Below are positions 45,767-59,300 of a stretch of DNA of 64,000 bases, piece by piece. Made by a program: the position numbers and the translations under genes. Source of the DNA: Octopus vulgaris. Taxonomy: Eukaryota. The stretch lies in assembly GCA_951406725.2 (NCBI GenBank), contig OX597814.1, positions 30,194,001 to 30,258,000 on the forward strand. Direction: 5' to 3'. Below the pieces are notes generated by a model. It searched no databases and was not told where the DNA came from. It saw only the letters and a program-made list of their open reading frames with translations. How positions within the stretch are numbered: position 1 is the first letter of the stretch; each line of letters starts with the position of its first letter.

Positions 45767-46262
45767 TATCGCTTAGGCTTGCGAGAAAGGGACGGCCTCC
45801 CTTTGCAAATACCTTAAGGGCACAGGAATTGTGTCTAAAGCCAGCTGGAGACGATGATCTCCTGGGGCTAAAAAGCTACAGTAACACCCCCCTTTGTGGT
45901 TAGCCATATTGAGATGGCTACTATACTTTACATTGTCGAGCGATTACTGTTTACATCTCGTTCTGAGATTTAATAATGCCATATATATGTATATATATTA
46001 TAAAATTAAAATCAAAATGAGGGTGAAAAATTGGATATTAATTTGATAACATCAAGTGGTCTAGCATATAAAAAATTGAGATTCAGTAAATAGTATTTCA
46101 TACATAAATATATAAGGAAATTTTTTTACCACTATGTGGAAACTCTTACGCTAGAAGAAGATCCGCTATGGTCTTAACCACTAAGAATTGTTCTCCAGAA
46201 AAATTTAGCACACCTGAAACATAAGCGAGCAAGACAAATGAAAAGTAACAAAAATATAGATT

Positions 46263-46341
46263 AATCATAAACAATTGTTTCACTATCAACAAATTACATA
46301 ATTCTACTTACATAATTTATCTGTAGATCGTCAGTATGATT
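46263..46341 (-). ncRNA. Type I hammerhead ribozyme with long stem II
   Basis: AATCATA-CTGACGA-TCTA...TAGT-GAAAC-AATT-GTT-TATGATT; 7-bp helix I, palindromic ACAATTGT stem III. Confidence 0.8.
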
Positions 46342-46722
46342 GTCTATGCAGAATGTAATTTGCAGAACTTCATGCCAGATATCAACATGAGGTCAAAAAT
46401 GCATGCAGTTCTACCTATTACATTCGTGGTTATTTTCAAAAGTTTTCGTTTAGGCGTGCCAAATTACCAGAAATAAATACTGCATAAATGATTCACTGCA
46501 GAACTGGTACTTAATTATCGACCCCAAAAGGATGAAAGGCAAAGTCGACCTTGGCGGAATTTGAACTCAGAACGTTACGGCAGACGAAATACTGCTAAGC
46601 ATTTCGCCTGGCGTGCTAACATTTCTGCCAACTCACCACCTTGTGAATTTTACATATTCATGTACATATCATATGTAAATACTTGTATATACTATGTGTG
46701 TTATATGTACATTGTATATATA

Positions 46723-46765
<43 letters not shown>

Positions 46766-47205
46766 TTTAGCCTCTCTTCCAACCTATGCTGTCCTCTCTG
46801 CCCTACTTCCGCTATGGCATCCACCTCCAGTCATGTTGTACTGTACAATATTTGACCATCCCTACTATAGGCATTCCTCAATTCTCCTTTCTACTATCCC
46901 TTTTCTTCTTCTTCCATTATACATCTGTATGTGTATGTTTGTGTGTTTGCATATGTATATGTGTGTGCACATGCTTGTCTAGTAGTTATTTCTATCTTCA
47001 CTTGAACTGGGCCTTCCCACCATTCCTTTGACCTCACTTCACATCTACCTTATATCTAACTTTAGTTCTCCCTACCACTCCTATTCCATTACATCACCAT
47101 TTACATCCTCCTCATTTGCTCACCTTATACACCTCTCATTAGCTTCTCCTCTCTCTCTCTTTCTCTCTTTCTCTTTCTCTCCACACATCAACTTATCATC
47201 TACAC

Positions 47206-47841
47206 CAGTGCTTCTCAAACTATCTGATGTGGCGTACTGGCAGTTTTTTTTCCCAATGTGCCAGGCACTGGTAATATTTCTTAGTAATATTAATTTATAC
47301 CGGAAACAATATATATAATGTAAGGTGTACTAGCCATCTGAATGTGGCTAGCCACTGGGGGTGGGGTGTTACTGATGCTTTTAGCCCCAGGCGATCAACG
47401 TCACCAGATGGACTTTAGACACAATCTCAGTGCCCTTGTGTTATTTGCAAAGGGAGGTCATCCTCCCTCGAAAACCTAAGTGCTACATACAGACTATAGT
47501 TTCAAGGTAATTGCCTCTCGTCAACGCATGGTAAACACCGGTTTTCGATGAAGGAGACCCCTTGCAAATAATATTTAACGTTTTTCACAGTGGCTAGCCA
47601 CATTCAGATGGCTAGTACACCTTACGTTGTCGAGCGATTACTGTTTATATCTCGTTCAGAGATTTATTATTGCTTAATATATATAATGAATATAATAAAA
47701 GTTGACAATTTTTAATATCTTATATTTATTTTGTAAACAAATAATACAATATTACATAAGCATTTTATAATGCTTCTTTCTTTTCTGGAAACTCACCATG
47801 TACCAGCACCAGTCTACGGACCACCACTTTGAGTAGCACTG
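47206..47841. mobile_element. hAT/Charlie-like MITE interrupted by a hammerhead-bearing fold-back insertion
   Basis: TIRs CAGTGCTTCTCAAA / TTTGAGTAGCACTG; TSD not clearly preserved. Confidence 0.6.
47486..47530 (-). ncRNA. Minimal type I hammerhead, same family as 45721 (U3.G8 core)
   Basis: CATGCG-TTGACGA-GAGG-caatta-CCTT-GAAAC-TATA-GTC-TGTATG; stems covary with the 45721 copy. Confidence 0.7.
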
Positions 47842-48786
47842 GTCACAGATAACTCATCATGAACTGTGATCTCTTACCCAGAAAGCAATAGATACAAAGT
47901 TCCAGTTCAGTCATTGGCATGTTCCTAAGCTGTATTCTTGGAAGAAATCGATTCCTGAATAATGTACAAATAATTGTCCTCTCACCCCCATGTTTTAACC
48001 TATACCCAACTTGTACTTACTCTATCTGCCCACACACTTTGACATAAACATATGACATCAGGCATACCCGCCACACACAGCTGTATTGCTTCACTCATTC
48101 CTGAATCAGTCACCTAGAAACCTAATTCCAAAACAAAAATAGGAGTGGGGAGCCTTTCATTGCCATCAAATTTGAAATCACTACCAGACAAGTTTGTAAG
48201 AACCCACATGAAAAATTCTAACAGCATCAAGACCAAAAGAATAATTTTAAATACATTATACAAGTTTGGATTTGGTTTGCAAGATTCTTTATATGAGTTC
48301 ATGTGTTGAAGCATATTCTGTTGTGTCTGGGGAGAGTCATTTTCTTTTTAAGCATTATAATGTAACACACTCACCGGTAAAATTTCAAGACTATTGAATA
48401 GTCAAGACGATAAAAAATGTTGCTACACACAATGAAAATTTTAGAAAAATAAAAATAAGGAATAAGTGGAAATTTTACCAGTGAGTATGTTAAACTATAA
48501 GGTACAAAAAGAAAATGACTCTCCCCAGACACAACAGAATATGCTTCAACACACGAACTCAAATAAAGAATCTTGCAAACCAAATCCAAACGAAATACAA
48601 GTTCATAGTTTTACAGCTTATGCAGTAGAGAAATTTAGGATGAATTTTCTTTTTTCAGTACATATGCACACCAGGAGATTTTTACATGTGCAGTTTGCGC
48701 CTGATGCTAAAATGGTTTACTTAAACATTGGTAATTCTTAGGTTTGATCACATTCACTGTAATTGGTTAAAGAGAAAGTAGGTAGT

Positions 48787-49209
48787 AAGAGGGGGTGCTG
48801 AAAAGTTCCTAACTTTAACCCTTTTGATACCAACCCGGCTGAAACCGCCTGTGGATCTGTAGTACAAATGTCTTGTCTCCGTAAGTTTTGAATTAAAATC
48901 TTCCACCAAACTTTAGTCACAATTTATGTTCCTAACACTAGCTTAATGATAACTAAGTTATTTTACTAAATTCTTAGTTATATTTAAAATTAATTGAAAG
49001 AAACAGAGCATCTCAACAGAAATATGGTAACAAAAGGGTTTTGTGAAAGGCCTAGTTGGAGGCCCTAACCTTCTGAGTTCTTTTACAGGTCTTAGAAAAA
49101 CTGAAAGGTTGCTGCAATAGGTGTATAAATCTGTGAGGGGAATATGTTGAATAAAATTACAATTAGCTGATCCTCCTCTATTTTCTTTTACGTACAGCAC
49201 CCCCTTGTA
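48787..49209. mobile_element. Mariner-derived MITE carrying a nested TTAA-type MITE (48819-49038)
   Basis: Ends GAGGGGGTGCTG.. / ..CAGCACCCCCTTG; nested element has CCCTTTTG..CAAAAGGG ends after TTAA. Confidence 0.6.
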
Positions 49210-49559
49210 CAGGTGCAGAAATACATGTGGAACAATAACGTTTCTTTGCAGAGAGCAAGATGTGGCAAGTAAGACATCTTGGTCATCCAGTGCATCTTTC
49301 TCCGTCCTTTGTCGTCTTGACCTGGTCTTGTCACTGGGCCTTAGATGTTCACAAACAAGAGAATGAGGTTGATGATGCTCGACTCTTCTCCATTTTAAAC
49401 AAAGTCACCATGCACGTGTAGCAGAAGTGATTTACACTGTCATTATGTATGAGATATTTTCATCATGGTTGCTTAGGCTTTGTGGGGATGAGCCAGAAGA
49501 AGAGGGCCATGACGTCAATGGTCAAAGGACTGACTGGAAGAGGAAGCATGAGGAGGAGG

Positions 49560-50204
49560 GAATTGAGAACAGGCACTGCGGACAAGATGGCATGTATTCT
49601 AAATGAGGTATTCTTAGATTGGGGCCCTGTGGATCAATTGCTGATGAACAACAGCATAGCATTTTGTTCAGAGGTGCTGAAGGAGATGCTTGGCAGGTGG
49701 AAAGTGCACCACTTTTTCAGAGCAGCATACAGGCCGAGGTGAAATGGGATTGTGGAGAGACATCATTGAATAATCAAGGCTGTGGCAGAGAGGGGACATG
49801 TCTCACCACCGGAAGTGGTGTTCAGGTACAATATGTTTCCCCAATCAGGACAGGCCGAAGAGTTCATGCCACATAGAGTAATATTCAAATATGAATGGCG
49901 GCATCTGAGTAAACCATTAAGATACCCTGCAGAAGAGAGAGGGGCCAACTTCGTAGAGGTGGGAGATGAAGTCTGGGTCAAGCCACCAAAGGCACGCTGC
50001 TCAACTCAGTGGAACAGAGGAATAGTGGCAGCTGTCAATTCCAAAACTGTGGATGGAATGCCATGTCATGTCTTGGATGTTCATTCAATTGTCGCTTCAT
50101 TGGTTGATGATTGTGGAGAAGAGGAAGAGAATGAAGTTCCCAGCTTAAGATCACAATGTGCAAGGTGCCCACCTGGGTGGGTAGTAGATTTCGGCATGGA
50201 GTGA
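49560..50204 (+). mobile_element. Gypsy-type LTR retrotransposon integrase relic (inverted second fragment 51115-51345)
   Basis: GPVDQLLMNNSIAFCS..FRAAYRP..NGIVERHH..IK..YN..P..PHRVIFKYEWR; purine tract + TG at ~50205-50217. Confidence 0.75.
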
Positions 50205-53200
50205 AGTGAGGAGGTGATCTTTGAGATCAGTGGGGCAAGTTTGAAGAAGAGGTAGAGAAGTGGATTAAGGAAGGTGTCCTTATCCTGTGGAAAGAGGATA
50301 ACCCTGTCCTGTCTCCCCCTCACTTCCCTTCTCATACTTCCGTTTCTGGTCAGTCCCTTGATTATTGACATCATGGCCCTCTTCTTCTGGCTCATCCCCA
50401 CAGGCTTAAATACCCAGCCTTTTTGTTCCAGCAGGTCACATGACCTCGTGATTAGCTGTACTTGTTTGTATTGGTCAGTTTCCAGTCGCCCAATCGTGTT
50501 GGTGCAACAGTTCGTTTTTCCTTACGAGGGAAATTAATCACCAGCTATAAGAGCCTACTGATCTCTATAAGAACGACAGTTCCCAACTGCTCTTGGTCAA
50601 TGGCACACCACTGACCACACGCTACTCGTCTTAGACAACGGTGTATCAGACACCAGCCAGTCTCTGCTTTCACCTCCACCAGACACTTGCCTACATTATT
50701 GCTGTATGAACACCACATGACCAACAGACCAATGATTGCCTCTACACACTACCAAACAGTGCATCAGCTTTGTCTACAAGATCAACAATCCAGCTTAACC
50801 ATGAAGTCTCTCACACATCTGAGTTGTAACCTATTATTTTATTTTATTTCATGTATGACAATCATCATCATCATCATCATTGTTTAACGTCCGCTTTCTA
50901 TGCTAGCATGGGTTGGACGGTTCAACTGGGGTCTGGGAAGCCCGAAGGCTGCACCAGGCCAGTCAGATCTGGCAGTGTTTCTACTGCTGGATGCCCTTCC
51001 TAACGCCAACCACTCTGTGAGTGTAGTGGGTGTTTTTTATGTGCCATCGACACAGGTGCCAGACGAGGCTGGCGATGGCGAATAAATCATTGCTTTTATA
51101 ACAGCAAATAAATCAGGGCATCTTGATGGTTTACTCAGATGCCGCCATTCATATTTGAATATCGCACTGTGGCATAGACTCTTCGGCCTGTCCTGATTGG
51201 GGCAACATGTACCAGAACATTGCTTCTGGCGGTGAGACATGTCCCCTCTCCACCACTGCCTTGATCATTTGATGATGTCTCTCCACAATCCCATTTTCAC
51301 TCAGCCTGTATACTGCTCTGAAAAAGCAGTGCACTTTCCACTGCAATGATTTTCGTCTCAAGTTGTATATCATTTTTACATTTCCCTTATTTACCGATCT
51401 TCATTATACACATCATCAGTCATTCTTAAGGATGATTCGGTGGTCCTCATCACTCCAACTGACAAACATATTCATGGTTTATCTATTGATTTCCTTTTCT
51501 CCTCTTTCCCAATTTGTAGTAGCTTGTTTACATAAATGAAGTTTGCAGTTCTATTGTCATGTCAGGTAAATTATATACAAATATAATAAATCTTTGTTAG
51601 CAGTAGTTTTGAGGAATGTTTGAAACTGCAGTAAGAATGGACTTATTATTTGATGTTCCAGATAGAACTAAGGTCACATTCATCATCATCATCATCATCA
51701 TTTAACGTCAGTTTTCCATGCTAGCATGGGTTGGACGGTTCAACCGGGGTCTGGGAAGCCAGGAGGCTGCACCAGGCTCCAGTCTGATCTGGCAGTGTTT
51801 CTACAGCTGGATGCCCTTCCTAACACCAACCACTCAGTGAGTGTAGAGGGTGCTTTTTACGTGTCACCGGCACAGGGGCCAGAGAAGGCTGGCAAACGGC
51901 CACGATCGTTTGTTGCTTTTATGTGTCACCGACATGGACGCCAATCAGGCGGCGCTGGCATCAGCCACATTCAGATGGTGCTTTTTACGTGCCACCAGCA
52001 CGGGTATCACAACTGCAATTTCCGTTTGATTTTTATTTTGATGTTGGTGTTGACATACTTGACTCAATAGGTCTCCTCAAGAACTTGTAATTAAACACTA
52101 TATTCAACCAAGATTTATTATTATAAATGGAAATCATATAAAAAAATTTGCATGCTATTGTTTCTATTCAATTATCAACTAAATTTTGTGTACCCAAAGT
52201 CCGCTCTACTGGGTGGTTGGTGTTAGGAAGGGCATCCAGCTGTAAAAATCCTGTCGAAACTGTCACAGAAGTGTGGTGCAGGCTTCTGCCCGGCTGGCTC
52301 CTGTCAAACCGTCCCACCCACGCCAACATGGGAGGCAGATGTTAAATGATGATGCTGATGATGAATAACTGATGGCTAGACAAATGGTAAAAGGGTGGAA
52401 CTCACTGTACTATAGATATTTTAAATATTTTATTATAGTCGTTAGCTGGCAGAAACGTTAGCACGCCGGGCGAAATGCGTAGCCGTATTTCGTCTGCCGT
52501 TACGTTGTGAGTTCAAGTTCCGCCGAGATCGACTTTACCTTTCATCCTTTCGGGGTCGATAAATTAAGTACCAGTTACGCACTGGGGTCGATGTAATCGA
52601 CTTAATCCCTTTGTCTGTCCTTGTTTGTCCTCTCTGTGTTTAGACCCTTGTGGGCAATAAAGAAATATATATTCATTAAATAGAATATTTTGGCCACTAA
52701 TATAAATATTTGAAAATTGCTAGGGTAAAATACAAAATTCTCATGCAGCCAATCTAAAGCTGTTTCTTCTGTGAATGCTTTTTGGGAGAACTTAACATCA
52801 GAGGAAGTGGAAAGGGATAAATAACCAGTTTTAATCTAGTGATTCCTTCACTTCTTCAGCAGGCATAAGGAAGGTTATGAGGTCGAGATAAGACAACATG
52901 TCCAGATTCGTCTGATATGTTAATTGTTAAAGTAAATTCTTTTTTTTTTTAAATCGCAAGTCAATAACGAACACACACACACTATCCTAATCTTTAATCT
53001 TATATTTCTCGTTATCTTTGTTTCCATGTTGCTGGCATTAAACATTCTACATCCGTAATAAACATATTGAAACTGAATTAACATACATAGTAATAAATTC
53101 AGTTGGGAGCCTGTTTCTAAACTTACACCGTGTAGGCGATCGATACCGGTGTCATATAAGTTCTGAAAATATTTTATTAACAATGTTTATACTAACAAAC

Positions 53201-53435
53201 GTTTGATCTTTTACATTTAAAAGAAAGAAAAAACATGAATTTTTCTTGTATCTACATTTCAAAATGTCATTTTGATGGATTATTTGTTTCCCCAAATGAT
53301 ACATACAGCTTCAGATTTAATCGAGAGAAGCGAAGATATATCAAATAGACATTACTCCACTAATATTTTGTGTTTGGTAAATGTTTTCCTTACTAACCCA
53401 TTCATTCTATTAATCACTGTATATTAATTATTTTC

Positions 53436-53587
<152 letters not shown>

Positions 53588-54943
53588 CTGTGATCTAACA
53601 AAAAAATGTCAGATAAAGTCTGAGAATTAAAAAAAAAGATTCTGTTTATTATTTTATGTACTATTTTATTGTTAGAACACTTACACATGAACAAGCATTT
53701 CTGATTTATTAAGAAATATTTTTTAACAAGCGATACATTTTCAAATTTATAAATCGAATTGAAGAAATACTTCTTTTAAAAATTGTAAATTATTACTTGC
53801 GGAAATTTTACGAGTAACAAAAAAAAAAAAAGATTAAAAAACATTTCTTAATCGTTCGATGAAATGCAAAAAATAAAAGAAAAATAAAAGCAAACCGAAA
53901 AAAGCTCCCTGAGTTTTCGGTTTGTTAATAAAAAAAATACTACAATGTAATTTTAATGTGCTGGTTAGCCCGAGGCCAGCGGTGATCGAGCAGACCTATC
54001 TATAATCAAAGGTGTGACCATCTTTATTCATGATCATTCCTCAGCTTGTTCCCCCCTCTTAACACTGGTAAGTTGTTCATTGAGATTTGGCTGTTGTTTC
54101 TAGCAGTGACCAAGTGGGGGTTCGTTCTTTCGGTTATTGTGAAATATGTTAAATTTATGTGAAGTGGCAAAGTTGATATGTCCCCTACGTCTCAAAAATT
54201 GTGTCTGTTACGAACCATTTATATTCTTTTGATGCAATTTATTTTAGGGTGTGTAGTATCTAAAGTGCTATAACGTCCCGTCAAGACGCTTTGCGATACA
54301 TGGCTGCATAATTTTCCCTTCTGTGTCCCAATCCCTATGTTTAGTCTTCCACTTAATTCCATTCACATCTAAGATGTTTTACAGAAATATGAACGGGTAC
54401 ATTGTTTTATCGAGCCCATAAGGATGAAAGACAAAGTTGACCCAGGCAGAATTTGACCTCAGAACGTAAAAAAAGGCTATAACTAAATATTGCCAGGTAT
54501 GTTGTCCGACTCTAACGGTTCTGCCATTCTACCCTCTTGAGTCTTTTCTCCGTCTGGACATCTTTAAAACGAGTACCAGGGTTAAATTACTTGGTTCAAT
54601 TTTAATATCCTTATAAAATGGAATTATGATGGAACACTACACTCTTTGCTAACACAAGCAATTTATAGACTAGTGGGACGGTAGAATTATAAAAGAAGAC
54701 TCTACACGCTACTAAGCCAGTCGGACTGGGACACTTCATTTATAGTTGCATTGCCTTTAACTCAATCATTCTCGGGATGAGAGTCGATGCTGTTGCGTGG
54801 TGGAAAGAGTTGTAAGTGGGGGTGGTTCAGTTAACTTGTCTTCCCACGCCAAATTTCTGGCCGTCTGCTAATGTTTGAATTCGTTATTGCTTTGTAGTGT
54901 TTTCTATGCTATACAAACCTCAAGTTTTAAAATTATATTTTTA

Positions 54944-55318
54944 CTAGCAGTATCGCCCGGCGTTGCTCGGGTTTGTAAGGGAAATAACTATATAAGCATT
55001 TTTAGAGAGTTATAGCCAAAAAATAGCAAAAAAGTGCATTAAAAACGGAAAAAAATCGTTGACTCATCGTAGACATTTTTAGAGAATTACTTCCCTTATA
55101 TAATAGCGAAAAAATGCATTAAAATGGGAAAAATCATGGTAAATTATTTTTTTAAATCGTAGACTCATCGTAGACGCGCGCTAATACCCAGAAGGGCTCG
55201 ATATGAATCACGACTATAAGATACCCGCTTTTGGTTACACTGCACCGCAAAATGTGGGAGTAGTTAGGAATCTAAATCGTAGGAGACAGACACACAACTT
55301 GACTTTTATATATAAAGA
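54944..55318 (-). mobile_element. Complete non-autonomous Helitron
   Basis: Minus strand starts TC, ends with hairpin CCCGAGCAACGCCGGG then CTAG, inserted in A|T with no TSD. Confidence 0.85.
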
Positions 55319-55657
55319 TATATTTTCATTTAACGACTTTAAAAATAACATTTAGAGAAAGGGAAGTGGACGGCGGTTTAACAGAAAAAGTTGGGCGACG
55401 GAGGAAGTGCTCTGCAGTGTTTATTTTAGTCCCTTTACTTTCTGTTTTCGACCCTTGCGAAGGTCAATTTTACCATTGTTCTTTCAGGGTGTTGATGAAA
55501 TTAAACACCGGCCAAGTGTCTATTAAATCGATTGTCCTCTCCTGAAATGTATGACCTTGTACCTAAGTGGGAAATCAATATTATTGAACTGTAATTTCCA
55601 AACTATTTTGTTGTTGAACCCTTGGCTAACGTCCACAACAACCCCTGTATACATACA

Positions 55658-55691
<34 letters not shown>

Positions 55692-56097
55692 CATACATAT
55701 ATATATACTCTTTACTCTTTTACTTGTTTCAGTCATTTGACTGCGGTCATGCTGGAGCACCGCCTTTAGTCGTGCAAATCGACCCCGGGACTTATTCTTT
55801 GTAAGCCCAGTACTTATTCTTTTGCCGAACTGCTAAGTGACGGGGACGTAAACATACCAGCATCGGTTGTCAAACAATGCTAGGGGGACAAACGCAGACA
55901 CACAAACACACACATATATATATATATACATATATACGACAAGCTTCTTTCAGTTTCCGTCTACCAAATTCACTCACAAGGCATTGGTCGGCCCGGGGCT
56001 ATAGCAGAAGACACTTGCCCAAGATACCACGCAGTGGGACTGAACCCGGAACCATGTGGTTGGTTAGCAAGCTACTTACCACACAGCCACTCCTGCG

Positions 56098-56155
<58 letters not shown>

Positions 56156-56163
56156 CACACACA

Positions 56164-56209
<46 letters not shown>

Positions 56210-56387
56210 ATCTTGTTTATTTGTTACTCTCAAAAATATAGAGTAACCTATCATTAATGTAAAATTGTTTTTATTATAACTGAACATATAGACAAACATA
56301 TGACCGGCTATATAACTAATTTCCTGTAAATTATATATATATGATAGGTCACTAGCCACTACACATTCTTTATTTTCTCTCCTTGTT

Positions 56388-56425
56388 TCTTTCTGTGGAA
56401 GAGCGTAGGCTCGAAACGTTAAAGA
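56388..56425 (+). ncRNA. Minimal hammerhead-like motif (CTGTGGA core)
   Basis: TCTTT-CTGTGGA-A-GAGC-GTAG-GCTC-GAAAC-GTT-AAAGA; helix I and stem II perfectly paired. Confidence 0.6.
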
Positions 56426-56513
56426 CATTTCCACTTCCTGAATGTTAAACTAATACACCTGTTTGTTGTCTACACCACCTGTCTTTGTCTTTTTTTTTTT
56501 TTTTGTGAATTCT

Positions 56514-56903
<390 letters not shown>

Positions 56904-58329
56904 CAAGTTGGTGTCCTAGCATGGCCGCAATCTAATGACTGAAATATTTATATATATATATATGTATCAAGTTGGTGTCCTTGCATGGCCACAAGTAAAA
57001 ATAAATATATAAAGTCTGAGAATAGTAAATACTATTTTTTATAGAAGATGAATTTTCATTAAATTTTATAAAGATACTTTATTTTGTGGAACCCCAGAAT
57101 TTTTTCATGGAACTTACTTTGGGAAACACTGGCAAATATAATTCAGTTAATTTTTTATATATAGATATATGTATAAAGCTTCCTTCTACCAAATTGATTC
57201 ACAAGACATTGGTTGGCCCAGGGTATATTAGAGGACACTTACACAAAGTGCCAAGAAGTGGGATTGAACTAGAAACCACTTGGGTTGTAATGCAAGCTTC
57301 ATAACCACAAATATAATTCAGTTGATTTTATAAATCTCCTGGAAAATTTGCCTTTTGACCTTGTCAGAAACATTTTCATAATGATGGGTGTCAAATGCAC
57401 TAAGGCTTAAAAGATCATAGAAATACTTAGTTTTGTTGCTCTCATTTCTGAATTCAAATCCTACCAAAGTTAACTTTGTCTTTTGTTTTGGAAATTGATA
57501 GAATAAGAACTGAGTATCAGAGCATAGAAAATGAAGAAATAAAGATTTAAATTTTGGAACAAGGTCAGCAACTTTGGGGTGGTGGGTAAGTCAATGACAT
57601 CGACCCCAGTGCTCAACAGGTGTGTATGTCATCAACTCTGAAAGGATAGAAAGCAAAGGTAAAATTTGAGCGCGGAACATAAAGACGAATGAAATTTTGT
57701 GAAGCATTTTACTTGCCATGTTAACGATTCTGTTTGCTTGCTGTCCTTGAAAGTCAAAAAATATTTGTCAATTAAAGTAAAGAGCAAAGGGACTATGCTA
57801 GACCTTTAATTAGAATTAATTGCAGGCATGGCTATGTGGTTAAGAAGCTTGCATTGCAACCAAATGGTTTTTAGTTCAGTCCCACTTCTTGGTACCTTGT
57901 GTAAGTGTCTTTTATTGAGTTCTAACACCAGGTTATTAGTATCACTATGTCTGTTACATTGAAGAGTGGGATTTGGAGAAATTACCTGTAATTCTTTAGT
58001 TAACGTGTGTTTCAACACTCCATGGAATACAGATTTCATGAGTACAAATATTCATATGAATATAAATGAATTTGTAATTCCTTTACTATAGGCACAAGGC
58101 CTGAAATTTTGTGGAATGGGGCTAGTAGATCACATTGACCCCAGTGCTTGACTGATACTTATTTCATAGTCGATTAAATAAGTACCAGTTACGCACTGGG
58201 GTCAATTTAATCAGCTTAATCCCTTTGTCTGTCCTTGTTTGTCCCCTCTATGTTTAGCCCCCTTTGTGGGCACTAATGAAATAAATATGTAGAAGTGGAG
58301 AAATGTACCTATTACGTTACATAATATTT

Positions 58330-59300
58330 AACCTACCCCTCTTCACATGACATGTCTATAGGCGTTAGTGATGATGAATCTCAATGTCTCTTGTCCCACA
58401 CATAGCACATTATTAGACCAGTCTTCCTGAAGCCAACTATTAAGACCATCAAGTAACTTCTCACTGTCTTCCCTGGATTTTCCTTTTCAGTTTCTTGATT
58501 GTCACCAAGTATTCAAGCTTTTTCACCCCACCCCCATTTATGAACTAAACCTATTGTTGAGAAGCTAACTGGTGGTCTCTATTCATCTCAGGACCTCAAT
58601 ATTTGTCACTCCATCTGCAAACAACACTTTCAGCATTCTTCTATGGAAATACCTCTACAGCACTGATAAACTTTTTCCACTTGTCTCTTGATGTTTCAGA
58701 TCACACAACCATATGTAAAGATGGGTTCTATCTGTGGCTCCTAATTCATTTGACAATATATGTTTGATTTCACCATTGACCTTTCCAATCTTTGACTTAA
58801 TTTCTTTGATGTTTTTTCTCATCTAGCTATAATGATAATGCTTAAATAATTAAAACTATCAGCTTAATATAAGGTTGTTCTGTTAATTCTTATTTTGCCA
58901 ATTTTTTTTTTTTTTGAGATTACCTTTTTTTTTTTCTTTGTTGAGAACTAAACCTTTCTATTCACTCTCATCGTTAATAACACTAACAAATGTTTGCAGA
59001 TCTTCCTCTTTGTTGCTATAGGCACCTTGTCTTTTGTATAACATACTATTGATGTTTTGTCCATTATCTGGCAGATACCCAATAGATTGCATAATTGATT
59101 CACTGTATGATAAAAACAGCTCAGCTGATAATACATGCACCTGTTTTACACCTCTCTTAATTATTTTTCGTATTGCCCTATTTCATTTCCAATTTTGATT
59201 GCTGCTGTTTATTGCCAATATTTGTTTTTGATCATTTGTAAGTCCTTCCATATATTTAAGGACTAACACGTATTTAACCACCACATACCCAGTGCATGCT
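58330..59300 (-). mobile_element. RTE-type LINE RT/C-terminal fragment, degenerate
   Basis: GQNINSMLY..EEDLQTFV; DSFNYLS; PIFTYGC; RRMLKV. Confidence 0.6.

Noticed and set aside
54061-54075. Plus-strand donor CTG|GTAAGT as first exon of a divergent gene
   Set aside because: Lies within an old dispersed repeat and no downstream plus-strand exon could be identified.
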